Positions 18,986 through 29,248 of a stretch of 64,000 bases of DNA are shown piece after piece. The notes beneath the pieces were generated by a model. It was not told where the DNA came from. It searched no databases and saw only the letters and a program-made list of their open reading frames with translations. This DNA comes from an uncultured Eubacteriales bacterium (lineage in GTDB: Bacteria; Bacillota; Clostridia; Oscillospirales; Oscillospiraceae). Every line of letters starts with the position of its first letter. Position 1 is the first letter of the stretch. Location: contig URBH01000002.1 in the NCBI GenBank assembly GCA_900546075.1, positions 15,263 to 79,262 on the forward strand, in the 5' to 3' direction. The position numbers and the translations under genes are program-made.

Positions 18986-19163
18986 AAAACAGCGAATGGA
19001 GCGTATCGGTACAGATACGCTCCATTTCCCGTGACACCATACGCAGCCCCTTGGCTCTCCCTCTGGGAGAGCTGTCACCGAAGGTGACTGAGAGGGTACT
19101 GCACCCCGGTTTTCCCTCTCCGTCCTCGCTGCGCTCGGCCACCTCTCCCAAAGGGAGAGGCAA
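18986..19163 (-). repeat. ~180 bp multi-hairpin intergenic repeat, copy A (reverse complement of copy B)
   Basis: Near-identical by eye to 30235..30420 after reverse-complementing; four stem-loops reusing CTCTCCC/GGGAGAG arms. Confidence 0.7.
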
Positions 19164-19207
19164 GAGATGATCGCATTGAGCCCCGTCTATTCTGCCGCCC
19201 GTCAGGG

Positions 19208-20362
19208 TTATTTCTTTTCCAGCAGCTCCAGCGCCGCCTGAATCTGAGGATCCTCCTCCGGTTCCAGTTGGTCGTAGTAGATGGCGGCGGCGGTTTCCCC
19301 GTCCACCGGCACAACCACGTCCGGCGTGATTCCCACTCCCGCCAGGCTGACGCCCTTGGGGGTAAAATACTTCCCCACGGAGAGACCCACCGCGGAGCCG
19401 TCACTCAGGCGCATGGTATTCTGAAAATACCCTTTGCCGCAGGTTTTCTCTCCCACCACGTCGGCAACGCCGTACTCGCTTAAGGCCGCCGCGAAGAACT
19501 CCGCTGCGGAGTAGGAGTCCCCGTTCACCAGCACCGCCATGGGAATGTCCAGGCAATCCGCGTCGGAATAGTCCACCTTCTCCTTCCCGGCATAGTCCAC
19601 CGTGCGGAACAGCTCTCCCTCGGGCAGCAGATAGTCCAGCACCTTTACCAGCTCCTTGGCATAGCCGCCGGGGTTGTTGCGCACGTCGAAAATCAGCTTT
19701 TCCGCCCCCTGTGCAAGCAGCCCGTCAATGGCCGCGATGGCTTCCTCGGCGCACCGGGCGTCGAAATTCCCGATGGTCACAAGCCCGATATCGCCGCTCA
19801 GCATCCGTCCGCTGGCAACGACGGTCTGCACCTGCCGCCGCTCCACGGACAGCGTCACCCGCTCCCCGCGCCTGAGAACCGTCAGGGACACATAGGTGCC
19901 TTCCTCTCCCCGCACCAGATTCCGAACCTCCGCGGCGGTCATTTCCCGGACGTCCTGGCCTTCCACTTCGACCAGCAGATCGTCCACCTGAACGCCCGCG
20001 ACCTCGGCAGAGCTGCCCTCGTTCACGGCCTTAACCAGGAAGCCCTCCTGCTCCTTGGCCTCGATGGTGATGCCGACGCCCACGTAGGCGTTGTTCACCT
20101 GCTCCTCATGGGCGGCATATTCGCTGGCAGGGATATAGTAGCTCCACCGGTCATTCAGGGATTTGACCATGGCGGCCGCCGCAGCGTCCTCCATGGACAT
20201 CTGATCTGCGTCCCCGATAAAGCGTTCCAGAATCAGGCTTTCCAGCTGCTCCAGCTTAGAGCCGTAGGCATACCCCGGATAGCCCACCGCCGCCAGGGTC
20301 GCCACCGTGGCCAGCACTGCGACCAAAAGATAGCTTAAAGAGATCAGGATTTTCTTTTTCAC
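19208..20362 (-). CDS. ctpA: carboxy-terminal processing protease (S41) with PDZ domain
   Basis: Signal peptide, PDZ region and S41 catalytic region. Confidence 0.85.
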   Translation of the reverse strand: MKKKILISLSYLLVAVLATVATLAAVGYPGYAYGSKLEQLESLILERFIGDADQMSMEDAAAAAMVKSLNDRWSYYIPASEYAAHEEQVNNAYVGVGITIEAKEQEGFLVKAVNEGSSAEVAGVQVDDLLVEVEGQDVREMTAAEVRNLVRGEEGTYVSLTVLRRGERVTLSVERRQVQTVVASGRMLSGDIGLVTIGNFDARCAEEAIAAIDGLLAQGAEKLIFDVRNNPGGYAKELVKVLDYLLPEGELFRTVDYAGKEKVDYSDADCLDIPMAVLVNGDSYSAAEFFAAALSEYGVADVVGEKTCGKGYFQNTMRLSDGSAVGLSVGKYFTPKGVSLAGVGITPDVVVPVDGETAAAIYYDQLEPEEDPQIQAALELLEKK

Positions 20363-20427
20363 GGAATAACCACCTCATAGAAAGGATTCCCACAGTCCAT
20401 AGTATGAACTGTGGGAATGGTATTGAA

Positions 20428-21726
20428 TCAGTACAGGGCGACGTAATTACACGGATTGACGTAGACGCCGTTGTAGGAGATGCCGAAGTGCAGATGGTCG
20501 CCGGTGGTAATGCCGGTGGCGCCGGTAGCGCCGATCAGCTGTCCCGCGCTGACGATCTGTCCGGCGGATACGCAGGAGCTGCTTAAGTGCATGTAGATGG
20601 ACGAGAAGCCGTCCTGATGGTTGATCTGCACGTAGTTGCCGGCGGCATTGCCCCAGCCCGCTACGGTGACGACGCCCGCACGGCTCGCGTACACAGGATC
20701 GCCGGTGCCGGTATCCAGGTCAACGCCCTGATGGTATGTAGACGCACCCGAGGTGGGGGAAACACGGTTGCCGAAGGGACTGGTGATGGAGGTGTAGCTG
20801 CAGGGAACCAGCCAGCCGCCACTTCCACCGCTGCCGCCGCCGCTGCTCCCGGACGTTCCGCCGGAGCTGCTTCCGCCGGTGCCGCCGGCCTGGGTCGTGG
20901 GAGGTACGGAGGTTGCCTTCCAGGCTTCCCATTCCCGCTGCTTCGCCGCGTTGAACTGTACTTCCATGGCGGCGATCTGCTTCAGGAACGCATTTTCCTG
21001 CTCCTTGCATTCCTCTTCCAGCGCCTGGAGATCGTCGGCCTTTTGCAGCAGCTCCTGGAGCAGCGCCTCCGATTCCTTGCTTTTCTCGTTCATTTCCGCC
21101 TGGGTGTCGTCCAGGTCTTTCTTGGTGGTTTCCAGCTCGCCCTTTTCCGTTTCCAGCTCGGCCTGGGCTTCCTCCACCTTGTTGGCGGCGTCGCTCAGCT
21201 CCTGCAAACGGCGCTTGTCGGAGGCCGCGATCTCCTCCACCATGTTCAGCCTGTCCAGAAGGTCGGAGAAGCTGTTGGCCTTGAAGAGAACTTCCCAGTA
21301 GGAAACCTCCCCCTCCTCCTCCATGGTGCGGATGCGCTCCTTGTTTTCCTGATTCAGGGCTTCCAGACGATCCTCCGCCGTGTCCAGCTCGTCCTGCTTG
21401 TCGGCAATGAGCAGATTGTAGGCGGAGATCTGTTCGTTGATGTTGATGATCTGGGTATTCAGAAGCTGAATTTCCTGATCGACCACGTTCTTCTGGGCAA
21501 TCAGATCCGCAATTTCGTTCTCGTTCTCCTTGTACTGCTTCTTCACATCCGCAATCTGATTCTGTACCTCCTTGCGCTCCTGCTGCAAGGCAATGATCTG
21601 CTTGCGGATCTCGCCGGAGGATGCCGCACCGGCGAAGGTGGGCAGAATGCTCATCAGAAGCGTCAGCAGCAGTACCGCCGCCATGACGCCGGCGAGGACG
21701 GATACCAAACGTTTGCGATTTTTCAT
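20428..21726 (-). CDS. M23 family peptidase with N-terminal coiled coil (EnvC-like)
   Basis: Signal peptide, long coiled coil, C-terminal M23 motifs (HQGVDL...GDHLHFGI). Confidence 0.8.
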   Translation of the reverse strand: MKNRKRLVSVLAGVMAAVLLLTLLMSILPTFAGAASSGEIRKQIIALQQERKEVQNQIADVKKQYKENENEIADLIAQKNVVDQEIQLLNTQIININEQISAYNLLIADKQDELDTAEDRLEALNQENKERIRTMEEEGEVSYWEVLFKANSFSDLLDRLNMVEEIAASDKRRLQELSDAANKVEEAQAELETEKGELETTKKDLDDTQAEMNEKSKESEALLQELLQKADDLQALEEECKEQENAFLKQIAAMEVQFNAAKQREWEAWKATSVPPTTQAGGTGGSSSGGTSGSSGGGSGGSGGWLVPCSYTSITSPFGNRVSPTSGASTYHQGVDLDTGTGDPVYASRAGVVTVAGWGNAAGNYVQINHQDGFSSIYMHLSSSCVSAGQIVSAGQLIGATGATGITTGDHLHFGISYNGVYVNPCNYVALY

Positions 21727-21787
21727 AGGAATCTCCTTTTCACGATGGGGACGGGCATTGTCATCAGCAGACGCAATGCCAATGGAT

Positions 21788-23011
21788 TTACAAGATATAT
21801 GCCAATGGGTTTACATAAGTTCCTGCGTAAGAAATACCGAAGTGAAGGTGCGGGCCGGTGGAAAGGCCGGTGCTGCCCACATAGCCAATGAGCTGCCCCT
21901 GGGACACGCTCTGTCCCGCGGAGACAACGTAGTTGGTCATGTGCATATAGATGGAGGCGAAGCCGTCCAAATGGTTGATGCTGACATAGTAGCCTGCGCC
22001 GCCGGCCTGATAGGAGGCCACCGTGACGGTGCCGGCTCTCGTAGCGTAGATGGGTGTTCCCTGATTGCAGGCCATATCAATGCCGTTGTGCATTCTCTGG
22101 GTGCCCAAAATCGGGTGGGTACGCATTCCGAAGGGACTGGTGATGGTATAGCCGGACACCGGGGTCGTCCAGGAGGCGTTGGAGGGCGGGTTTTCCCCCT
22201 GCATGGCCAGCTTGGCCAGATACTCGTCGTACTTTGCCTGCTTGAGGTCTTTTTCCTTGGCGGCAATTTCCTGCATCAGGTCGTCCTGAAGGGCTTCCGA
22301 CTCGTCCATCATCCGCTGGTATTCCTCGGACTTCTTTTCCAGCTCCCGGAGCATGTCGTCGGATTCCGTGCGTTTTTCCTCCAGCTCGGCCTCCGCCGCC
22401 GTCAGCTCCTCCCAAGTGCCCTCCAGCTCGGTTTTTTCCGATTCCAGGCTCATGCGGGTGGCGGCAACAATGTCCGACGCAATGCGCATTTCCTGAAGAC
22501 GGCGCTGGTCGGCCTGGGAAATCTCCTGCATCATGTTCAGCCGATCAAGGAGGTCAGTAAAGCTGTTGGCCTCGAAAATGACCTGCCAGTAAGTAATGCT
22601 GCCGCCTTCCTCCATCGCCCGGATACGCTCCCGGTGCTGCTCGCTCAGGGTGCGCAGCTCCTCCTCGGCGGCGTCCAGCGTGTCCTGGGTGTCCGCAATG
22701 AGCTGGCTGTAGGCGGAAATCTGGGCGTTGGTGGTCTCAATCTTGCCTGTCAGAAGGGCGATTTCCTCGTCGATGGCTTCCTTCCTGCTCACGATATCGG
22801 CCATGTCGCTATAATTGGCGTCGTACTGGCTTCGCACAGCGTCGATCTGCGCCTGGATGGCCTTGTTCTTTTCCTCCAGTGCGTCAATCTCCTTCTGGAT
22901 TTCACCGGAGGTGGCGGCATCCGCCGGAACCGGCGCGATGCTCACCGCCATCACCGCCGCCAGACATAGGGCGACCAGCGATCTCACGGTTATCTCTCTG
23001 TGTTTGCTCAT
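21788..23011 (-). CDS. M23 family peptidase with N-terminal coiled coil (EnvC-like), paralog
   Basis: Same architecture; HNGIDMA...GPHLHFGI. Confidence 0.8.
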   Translation of the reverse strand: MSKHREITVRSLVALCLAAVMAVSIAPVPADAATSGEIQKEIDALEEKNKAIQAQIDAVRSQYDANYSDMADIVSRKEAIDEEIALLTGKIETTNAQISAYSQLIADTQDTLDAAEEELRTLSEQHRERIRAMEEGGSITYWQVIFEANSFTDLLDRLNMMQEISQADQRRLQEMRIASDIVAATRMSLESEKTELEGTWEELTAAEAELEEKRTESDDMLRELEKKSEEYQRMMDESEALQDDLMQEIAAKEKDLKQAKYDEYLAKLAMQGENPPSNASWTTPVSGYTITSPFGMRTHPILGTQRMHNGIDMACNQGTPIYATRAGTVTVASYQAGGAGYYVSINHLDGFASIYMHMTNYVVSAGQSVSQGQLIGYVGSTGLSTGPHLHFGISYAGTYVNPLAYIL

Positions 23012-23013
23012 AG

Positions 23014-23901
23014 TTATACGTCCATAAACTTTCGGATAGAAGTCCAGCTGCCCACGATACCGACGAACATACCGGCGGCGGCGAAGGTAGCAACCATGGG
23101 GAGCAGCAGCTCCTGGAAGGGTACGAAGTTGAACAGCTGCAAGGCGTCCACGCTGCCGATCTTATTCAGCATCGCGTCGTAGCCCAGCCATTCCAGGCCG
23201 AAGGCCAGGATGGCGCCGATCATGCCCAGGGAAAAGCCCTCCACCACGAAGGGCAGCCGGATAAAGCCGTTGGTGGCGCCCACCATTTTCATAATGGCGA
23301 TCTCGTCCCGCCGGTCGTACATGGCCAGCTTGACGGTGTTGGAAATAATCAGCAGGCTGACCACCAGCAGCACCGCGATCACCGCCACGGAGACGATGTG
23401 CAGCACGCTCTGAATGGTGGTGAAGCCCTCCGCCAGCTCGTAGGCCGCGTTGATCTTATCCACGCCGGGCAGCTGCAAAAGCAGCTCGGCGGTCTGCTGC
23501 ATTTTGGTGTTGTCCTCCAGGGTGACCACATAGCGGTGGCGCAGATCCTGTGGCTGAACGCCGCTGAAGGCGCTGTCGTTGTCGTGGTCGCTGACAAAGC
23601 TTTGAAGCGCTTCCTCACGGGAAACGAACTTTGCCTCCAGAACGTTGTCCAGGAGGTTAATTTTGGTGCCGATCGACCTTGCTTCGGCGTCGGACAGGCT
23701 GCTGTCGATGTACACAAGAATTTCGCTGGTCTTATTTAAGTCCTGCACCATGATGTCCAGGTTATAGGCCAGCGCGGAGAAGCTGCCCACGATGATCAGA
23801 CACGCCACCGTGACGCAGATAGCGGCAAAGGACATAAAGCCGTGCTGGAAAATGCTGCGGAAGCCCTCCTTGAGCAGATATCCGATATTATTGAGCTTCA
23901 T
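23014..23901 (-). CDS. ftsX: cell division permease FtsX
   Basis: 4-TM FtsX-like topology; 14-nt overlap with ftsE. Confidence 0.85.
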   Translation of the reverse strand: MKLNNIGYLLKEGFRSIFQHGFMSFAAICVTVACLIIVGSFSALAYNLDIMVQDLNKTSEILVYIDSSLSDAEARSIGTKINLLDNVLEAKFVSREEALQSFVSDHDNDSAFSGVQPQDLRHRYVVTLEDNTKMQQTAELLLQLPGVDKINAAYELAEGFTTIQSVLHIVSVAVIAVLLVVSLLIISNTVKLAMYDRRDEIAIMKMVGATNGFIRLPFVVEGFSLGMIGAILAFGLEWLGYDAMLNKIGSVDALQLFNFVPFQELLLPMVATFAAAGMFVGIVGSWTSIRKFMDV

Positions 23902-24577
23902 GTTTGCTTTCCTCCCCGATTCCGTCTCTCACCACGACGCCCTCATTGATGGCAATGGTGCGTTTATGGAACAGCTTTGCCAGATTCTGATCGTGGGTGA
24001 CCACCAGCATGGTGGTTCCCAGATTGTTGATCTCCTGCAGCAGCGCCATAATTTCAAAGGAGCGCTCCGGATCCAGGTTGCCGGTAGGCTCGTCGGCGAT
24101 GATGGTGGACGGATTGTTCACCAGGGCGCGGGCGATGGCAAGTCTCTGCTGCTCGCCGCCGGACATCTCGTTGGGGTGGCGGTTCATCTTGCCTTCCAGA
24201 CCCACCAGCTCCAGCACATAGGGAACCCGTTCCTTGATCTCGGATTCCTTCGCGCCCACGACCCGCATGGCGAAGGCCACGTTCTCATAGACCGTCATTT
24301 TCTCGATCAGGCGGTAGTCCTGGAACACGACGCCGACGGTGCGGCGCAGATAGGGAACCTCACGCTTGCGAACCCGCTCCAGGGAATAGCCGTTGACGTG
24401 GACGGTGCCGGAGGTGGGCTTCAGCTCGCCGGTGATCAGCTTGATGATGGTGGACTTACCGGAACCGGAAGGACCGATCAGGAAGCAGAACTCGCCGTCC
24501 TCGATCTGCATGGTAACGCCGTTAAGGGCTTTGTTACCCTGCGTATAGGATTTTACAACATCAGTAAATTCAATCAT
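23888..24577 (-). CDS. ftsE: cell division ATP-binding protein FtsE
   Basis: Walker [10 protein letters not shown] and ABC signature LSGGEQQR. Confidence 0.9.
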   Translation of the reverse strand: MIEFTDVVKSYTQGNKALNGVTMQIEDGEFCFLIGPSGSGKSTIIKLITGELKPTSGTVHVNGYSLERVRKREVPYLRRTVGVVFQDYRLIEKMTVYENVAFAMRVVGAKESEIKERVPYVLELVGLEGKMNRHPNEMSGGEQQRLAIARALVNNPSTIIADEPTGNLDPERSFEIMALLQEINNLGTTMLVVTHDQNLAKLFHKRTIAINEGVVVRDGIGEESKHEAQ

Positions 24578-24871
24578 ATTCGCATCTTTCTCCCGTCATA
24601 GGCGGTATCGGAATTGCCGTCAACGCAACCCCATACCGCCCGCAGTGTAACCGAATTGTAACACATCACAAAATCAATGTCAATCACATTCCGAAATAAA
24701 TGGGGCAAAAGCGCAGATTTAACAGATTATCCACAATTATTCCCCCGATTTTTTCAGCTTTCTTTCATATTTCTCCTATATTACGCCCCAAAAACAGGAA
24801 ACTCCTTCCGCAAAACCGGGTCAGGCATACAGAAGCGGGGCTGCAAATGCAGCCCCGCAGGATATGCTTCT

Positions 24872-25960
24872 TCACCGGGTCTCCCGGGAAGTGAGGTACT
24901 TGCGCACCATCAGCGCCACCTTGAAGACAATGGCGTGGTCAAACTGCCGCAGATCCAGTCCCGTGAGCTTTTTGATCTTTTCCAGACGGTAGACCAGGGT
25001 GTTGCGGTGGACAAAGAGCTTCCGGGAGGTCTCGGAGACGTTCAGGTTGTTCTCAAAGAACTTGTTGATGGTGAACAGGGTCTCCTGGTCAAGAGAATCG
25101 ATGGAATTCTTCTTGAACACCTCGCTGAGGAAGATCTCGCACAATGTGGTTGGCAGCTGGTAGATCAGACGGCCGATGCCCAGGTTTTCGTAGTCGATGA
25201 TGCTCTTTTCGGTGTCGAACACCTTGCCCACGTCAATGGCGGTCTGGGCTTCCTTGTAGGAATCCGCCAGCTCCCGCAGATGGTCGGACACGGTGCCGAT
25301 GCCGATGACGGTCTTGATCCGCAGCTCGTTTTTCAGGGTGTCCTCCATAGACTTGGCGATCTTCTCCAAGTCCTCGGGGGTCGTCCCGCCGGTGATCTGC
25401 TTGATGACCGCCACGTCGCTTTCGTTGATGGACAGGACAAAGTCCTGCATCTTGTCCGGGAACATCCCCGCCAGCACGTCCACGGTGGCCACGTCGCTGT
25501 GACCCACCTGCCGGATGAGGAACACCGCCCGGGGGGCGTCGGTGGCAAAGTGCAGCTCCTTGGCGCGGATGTAAATATCACCGGGCAGGATATTGTCCAT
25601 GATGATATTCTTTACAAAAGTTCCCCGGTCATGCTTCTCCTCATAGAAGGTCTTGGCATCGTTCAGGGCGATATAGGCCATCTGGCAGAAGCTCCGTGCC
25701 ATCTCGTCGTCGCCGGAGCAGAAAACGGCGTATTCCAGCACGTTGGAATTGCCCAGAATGGCCTTGAAGCTGCGCTGGCCGAAGGTGACGATGCTGTCGG
25801 CGGCGTTCGCCACCTTCAGCGCGGCGTCCGTCCAGCGCTCACCCAGAATGGACATATCGGTGCAGGAAACCACACACCCCTCGGTATCGATTACGCCGAA
25901 GCTGCGGTCCGTAATATCCCGCAACTGAACAATGACACTCTGAAAAACGCTGTTGGACAT
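24872..25960 (-). CDS. PucR/CdaR-family transcriptional regulator
   Basis: C-terminal HTH (SETSRKLFVHRNTLVYRLEKI); start refined to MSNSVF (TAAGGAG, 11-nt spacing). Confidence 0.7.
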   Translation of the reverse strand: MSNSVFQSVIVQLRDITDRSFGVIDTEGCVVSCTDMSILGERWTDAALKVANAADSIVTFGQRSFKAILGNSNVLEYAVFCSGDDEMARSFCQMAYIALNDAKTFYEEKHDRGTFVKNIIMDNILPGDIYIRAKELHFATDAPRAVFLIRQVGHSDVATVDVLAGMFPDKMQDFVLSINESDVAVIKQITGGTTPEDLEKIAKSMEDTLKNELRIKTVIGIGTVSDHLRELADSYKEAQTAIDVGKVFDTEKSIIDYENLGIGRLIYQLPTTLCEIFLSEVFKKNSIDSLDQETLFTINKFFENNLNVSETSRKLFVHRNTLVYRLEKIKKLTGLDLRQFDHAIVFKVALMVRKYLTSRETR

Positions 25961-26156
25961 ATCTACAGTCACTCCTTAGTATCTTGCATAAATGCGCATT
26001 TCACAAAAACGCATTATTATTATACACAGCTTTTGCGCACATTGCAAGTGCCTTTTGACATTTTATTGCAAAATCTCTTATGTTTTTTAGATAATATACC
26101 AAGGTTTACCGGCAAGCGGTCCCTACGCAGTCTGTTTCTTCCAGCAAAATGACCGT

Positions 26157-26867
26157 TCATGGCTGGGGCTTCTCCTCCAATTGGGCAATCTCCTCTTCCG
26201 TCAGCTCCCGGCTCCGGCCTCTCGGCAGATCGCCAAGGGTCAGCGCTCCCTCCTGTCTGCGCTCCAGGTAGGTCACGGTCATATTCCGGGAGGCCATCAT
26301 CCGCCGCACCTGGTGGTATTTCCCCTCCCGGACAGTGATCCGGCTCTCCCCCGCTCCCAGCGGCTCTAAAAGCGCGGGCAGGCATACCGTGCCGTCCCGG
26401 AGGGTCAGCCCCGCGGCAAAGGCGGCTGCGTCGTCGGCATTTGCCTGTCCCTCGTGGCGGGCATAGTAAATTTTCGCCACTTCCTTTTTCGGCGAAATCA
26501 GCCGGTGGAGCAGCTCGCCGTCGTTGGTAAACAGCAGCAGCCCCTCGGTGGCCTTGTCCAGGCGGCCTACGGGCTTTAAGTCCATGTGCCGCCACGCCTC
26601 CGGCAGCAGCTCCATGACGGTTTTTTCGTTCGCGTCCTCCGTGGCCGTGACGTAGCCCGCCGGCTTGTTGAGCATCACCACCATCCGGCGCTTTCCGCTT
26701 AAGGCTTCTCCGTCCAGGGCAACCGTGTGGACGGCGGGGTCGATCTTCCGGGAGCCGTCCTTCTCAGGATTTCCGTCCACGGTCACCCGTCCGGCTTTCA
26801 GGATGGTCTTCACCTGAGAGCGGGTGCCTGTGCCGCTGTCGCACAGGAATTTGTCCAGTCGTTCCAT
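26157..26867 (-). CDS. pseudouridine synthase (RsuA/RluB family) with S4 domain
   Basis: Start refined to MERLDKFLCDSG (S4 domain); conserved catalytic-Asp GRLD motif present. Confidence 0.8.
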   Translation of the reverse strand: MERLDKFLCDSGTGTRSQVKTILKAGRVTVDGNPEKDGSRKIDPAVHTVALDGEALSGKRRMVVMLNKPAGYVTATEDANEKTVMELLPEAWRHMDLKPVGRLDKATEGLLLFTNDGELLHRLISPKKEVAKIYYARHEGQANADDAAAFAAGLTLRDGTVCLPALLEPLGAGESRITVREGKYHQVRRMMASRNMTVTYLERRQEGALTLGDLPRGRSRELTEEEIAQLEEKPQP

Positions 26868-26940
26868 AGCTCCTCCGTTCTGCTTCCCGCTTCCGGCGCA
26901 TAGGCTGTACCACCGAAATATGAACCGGGAGGGATTTATT

Positions 26941-27471
26941 ATGATGGTTATGACCGCGAAGGTCAATCTGAAAAAGGCAATGATCGCCCTTGCTGCCGTG
27001 GCGGCGCTGATCGTGGCGCTGATTCTGCTGCTGGGCGGGGGCGGGGACTCCGCCGAGACTTCCGCGCCCACGGCCTCCAGCAACGACGGCCGGGTGAAAT
27101 TTCTGACGGATCTCGGCTGGGACGTCACCACGTCCCCCACAGATTCCAGTCAGGTACGCATCCCCGCGGCGTCCAGCGACGTATTCGAGCGCTACAACGC
27201 CCTGCAAAAGAGCCAGGGCTACGACCTGGGGCAGTACGCCGGGAAGAAGGTCATGCGCTACGTCTACAAGATCAACAACTACCCCGGCGCCACCGAGCCG
27301 GTGTACGCGACGCTGCTGGTCTACAAGAATCAGATCATCGGCGGCGACATAACGGACACCGCCGCCCAGGGAAAGATCCGCGGCTTCAAAATGCCGGAGG
27401 CCACGACCGTCCCCACCATTCCCAGCCTCCCCACGGAAACCGCCGCCACCACGCCGGAAACCACGCAGTAA
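26941..27471 (+). CDS. DUF4830-like secreted/membrane-anchored protein
   Basis: GGGAGGG RBS; N-terminal TM helix; Thr/Pro-rich C-terminus. Confidence 0.55.
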   Translation: MMVMTAKVNLKKAMIALAAVAALIVALILLLGGGGDSAETSAPTASSNDGRVKFLTDLGWDVTTSPTDSSQVRIPAASSDVFERYNALQKSQGYDLGQYAGKKVMRYVYKINNYPGATEPVYATLLVYKNQIIGGDITDTAAQGKIRGFKMPEATTVPTIPSLPTETAATTPETTQ

Positions 27472-27564
27472 GCAAAGAGAAGCCGCCGTATTTTATCTAT
27501 GGTATCACACAATTCCGCTCTTGACAAGCGCCCCGCTCTGTGCTACTGTGTAACCGAACTGAAC

Positions 27565-27905
27565 AGTATCTTCAGGGCGGGGCGAAATTCCCCACCGGCG
27601 GTAAAGGAAGCTCTGATTCAATCGGCGAGAGCTGACAGCGAGAGATTTTTCTCTGGACGAAAGCTTCAAAAGTGGAGAAATACTGTATGTATTTCCCGCT
27701 TTTGAAGCTGCACGGATAGAGGAAAAGATTCGCTGCTCAGCCGAAGACGATTGATTCAGAGGTTCCCAAGTCCGCGAGCGCGTCAGCGTTGAATCGGTGA
27801 AACTCCGATACCGACAGTACAGTCTGGATGGAAGAAGATACGCAAAGGATATTTGCGTTTTTTTCACGCCCTGAGTGTAAACTCAGGGCGCATTTTTGTT
27901 TTGAG
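27565..27905 (+). ncRNA. FMN riboswitch (RFN element) with an enlarged variable stem, plus terminator expression platform (27848..27900)
   Basis: CAGGGCGGGGCGAAATTCCCCACCGGCGGTAAAG ... GGTGAAACTCCGATACCGACAGTACAGTCTGGATGGAAGAAG; terminator CGCCCTGAGTgtaaaCTCAGGGCG+T-run; ribU directly downstream. Confidence 0.8.
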
Positions 27906-27914
27906 GTGATACCA

Positions 27915-28634
27915 ATGACCGATCTGTGGAAACAAATTTTAGACAATCTGTCCTTTGTAGGCGTGAGCCTCGCCATCGTGGTGGGGCTTGCCCTGCTGGC
28001 ACGGCTGGAGGAGCGTTTTCTCCCGGAAAAGCGGAAGGTCAGTCCCGCCCGGCGGGTCAGCATCATCGGCATCAGCGCCGCCATCGCCGCCGTGCTCCAT
28101 GTGCTGGACTTTCCTCTGGTGGTTCTCGCGCCGGAATTCTACAAGCTGGACTTTTCCGAGCTGCCCGTGCTGCTGTGCGGATTTTACCTGGGGCCCAGCG
28201 CCACCGTAATTTGCGAGGGCGTGAAAATTCTGCTGAAGCTGCTTCTGAAAGGCACTTCCACCGCCTTTGTGGGCGATCTTGCCAACTTCGTGGTGGGATG
28301 CTCCCTGGTTCTCCCCGCCACCGTTTTCTACCACGCCCACAAGAGCAAGCACAGCGCCATCATCGGCCTTGCCATCGGCACGCTGGTCATGACCGTGTTC
28401 GGCAGCGCCTTCAACGCCGTCTACCTTCTGCCCAAGTTTGCCCAGCTGTACGGCATTCCCCTGGACACCATCATCGCCATGGGAACGGCCATCCGGGGCG
28501 GGGTCAGCAATATCTCCACCTTTGTTCTGCTGTGTGTTGCGCCCCTGAACCTGCTGAAAGGCACCGTCGTCTCCGTGCTGACGATGCTGCTGTATAAACG
28601 GGTGGCAAGGCCTCTGTTCGGGCTGCATCAATAA
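27915..28634 (+). CDS. ribU: ECF transporter S component for riboflavin
   Basis: GAGGTGA RBS; polytopic membrane protein directly downstream of the FMN riboswitch. Confidence 0.75.
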   Translation: MTDLWKQILDNLSFVGVSLAIVVGLALLARLEERFLPEKRKVSPARRVSIIGISAAIAAVLHVLDFPLVVLAPEFYKLDFSELPVLLCGFYLGPSATVICEGVKILLKLLLKGTSTAFVGDLANFVVGCSLVLPATVFYHAHKSKHSAIIGLAIGTLVMTVFGSAFNAVYLLPKFAQLYGIPLDTIIAMGTAIRGGVSNISTFVLLCVAPLNLLKGTVVSVLTMLLYKRVARPLFGLHQ

Positions 28635-28726
28635 CTACCAAAACTGCCGGGGTATCTCTCCGGCAGTTTTCCTTTGCCTTTCTCGGGAAATTGTGGTATA
28701 GTATTCAGAAAAAGGAGGTATTTTCT

Positions 28727-29233
28727 ATGTGTGAACTTCTGAAACCCCGCCGCAGCGTCCGCAAGTACCGCCCCGAGCAGGTGCCGGACGCGCTGCTGGA
28801 CGCCGTGCTGGAGGCCGGGCTTTACGCCCCCTCCGCCATGAATAACCAGAAGCCCGTCATGGTGGCCGTCCGGGACAAGGCTATCCGGGATCAGCTTTCC
28901 CGGATGAACGCCGCCGTGATGGGTACCGACCGTGACCCCTTCTACGGCGCACCCTGCGTCATCGTCGTGCTGGCCGACCCCGGCTATCCCACCTGGGTGG
29001 AGGACGGCTCTCTGGTGCTGGGCAATCTGCTCAACGCCGCCCACGCCGCGAAACTTGGCAGCTGCTGGATCAACCGCGCCCGGGAGATGTTCGACACCCA
29101 GGAGGGCAAGGCGCTTCTCGGTAAGTGGGGCGTTCCGGAACACTACCGGGGCATCGGCTGCTGCATTCTGGGCTACGCCGACGAGAACCCCGCCCCCAAG
29201 GAGCGGGCGGCGAACCGCATCCTGAAAATCTGA
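28727..29233 (+). CDS. nitroreductase family protein
   Basis: AAGGAGG RBS; RRSVRKY N-terminal nitroreductase motif. Confidence 0.8.
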   Translation: MCELLKPRRSVRKYRPEQVPDALLDAVLEAGLYAPSAMNNQKPVMVAVRDKAIRDQLSRMNAAVMGTDRDPFYGAPCVIVVLADPGYPTWVEDGSLVLGNLLNAAHAAKLGSCWINRAREMFDTQEGKALLGKWGVPEHYRGIGCCILGYADENPAPKERAANRILKI

Positions 29234-29248
29234 CAAAAAAGGAGAAGA

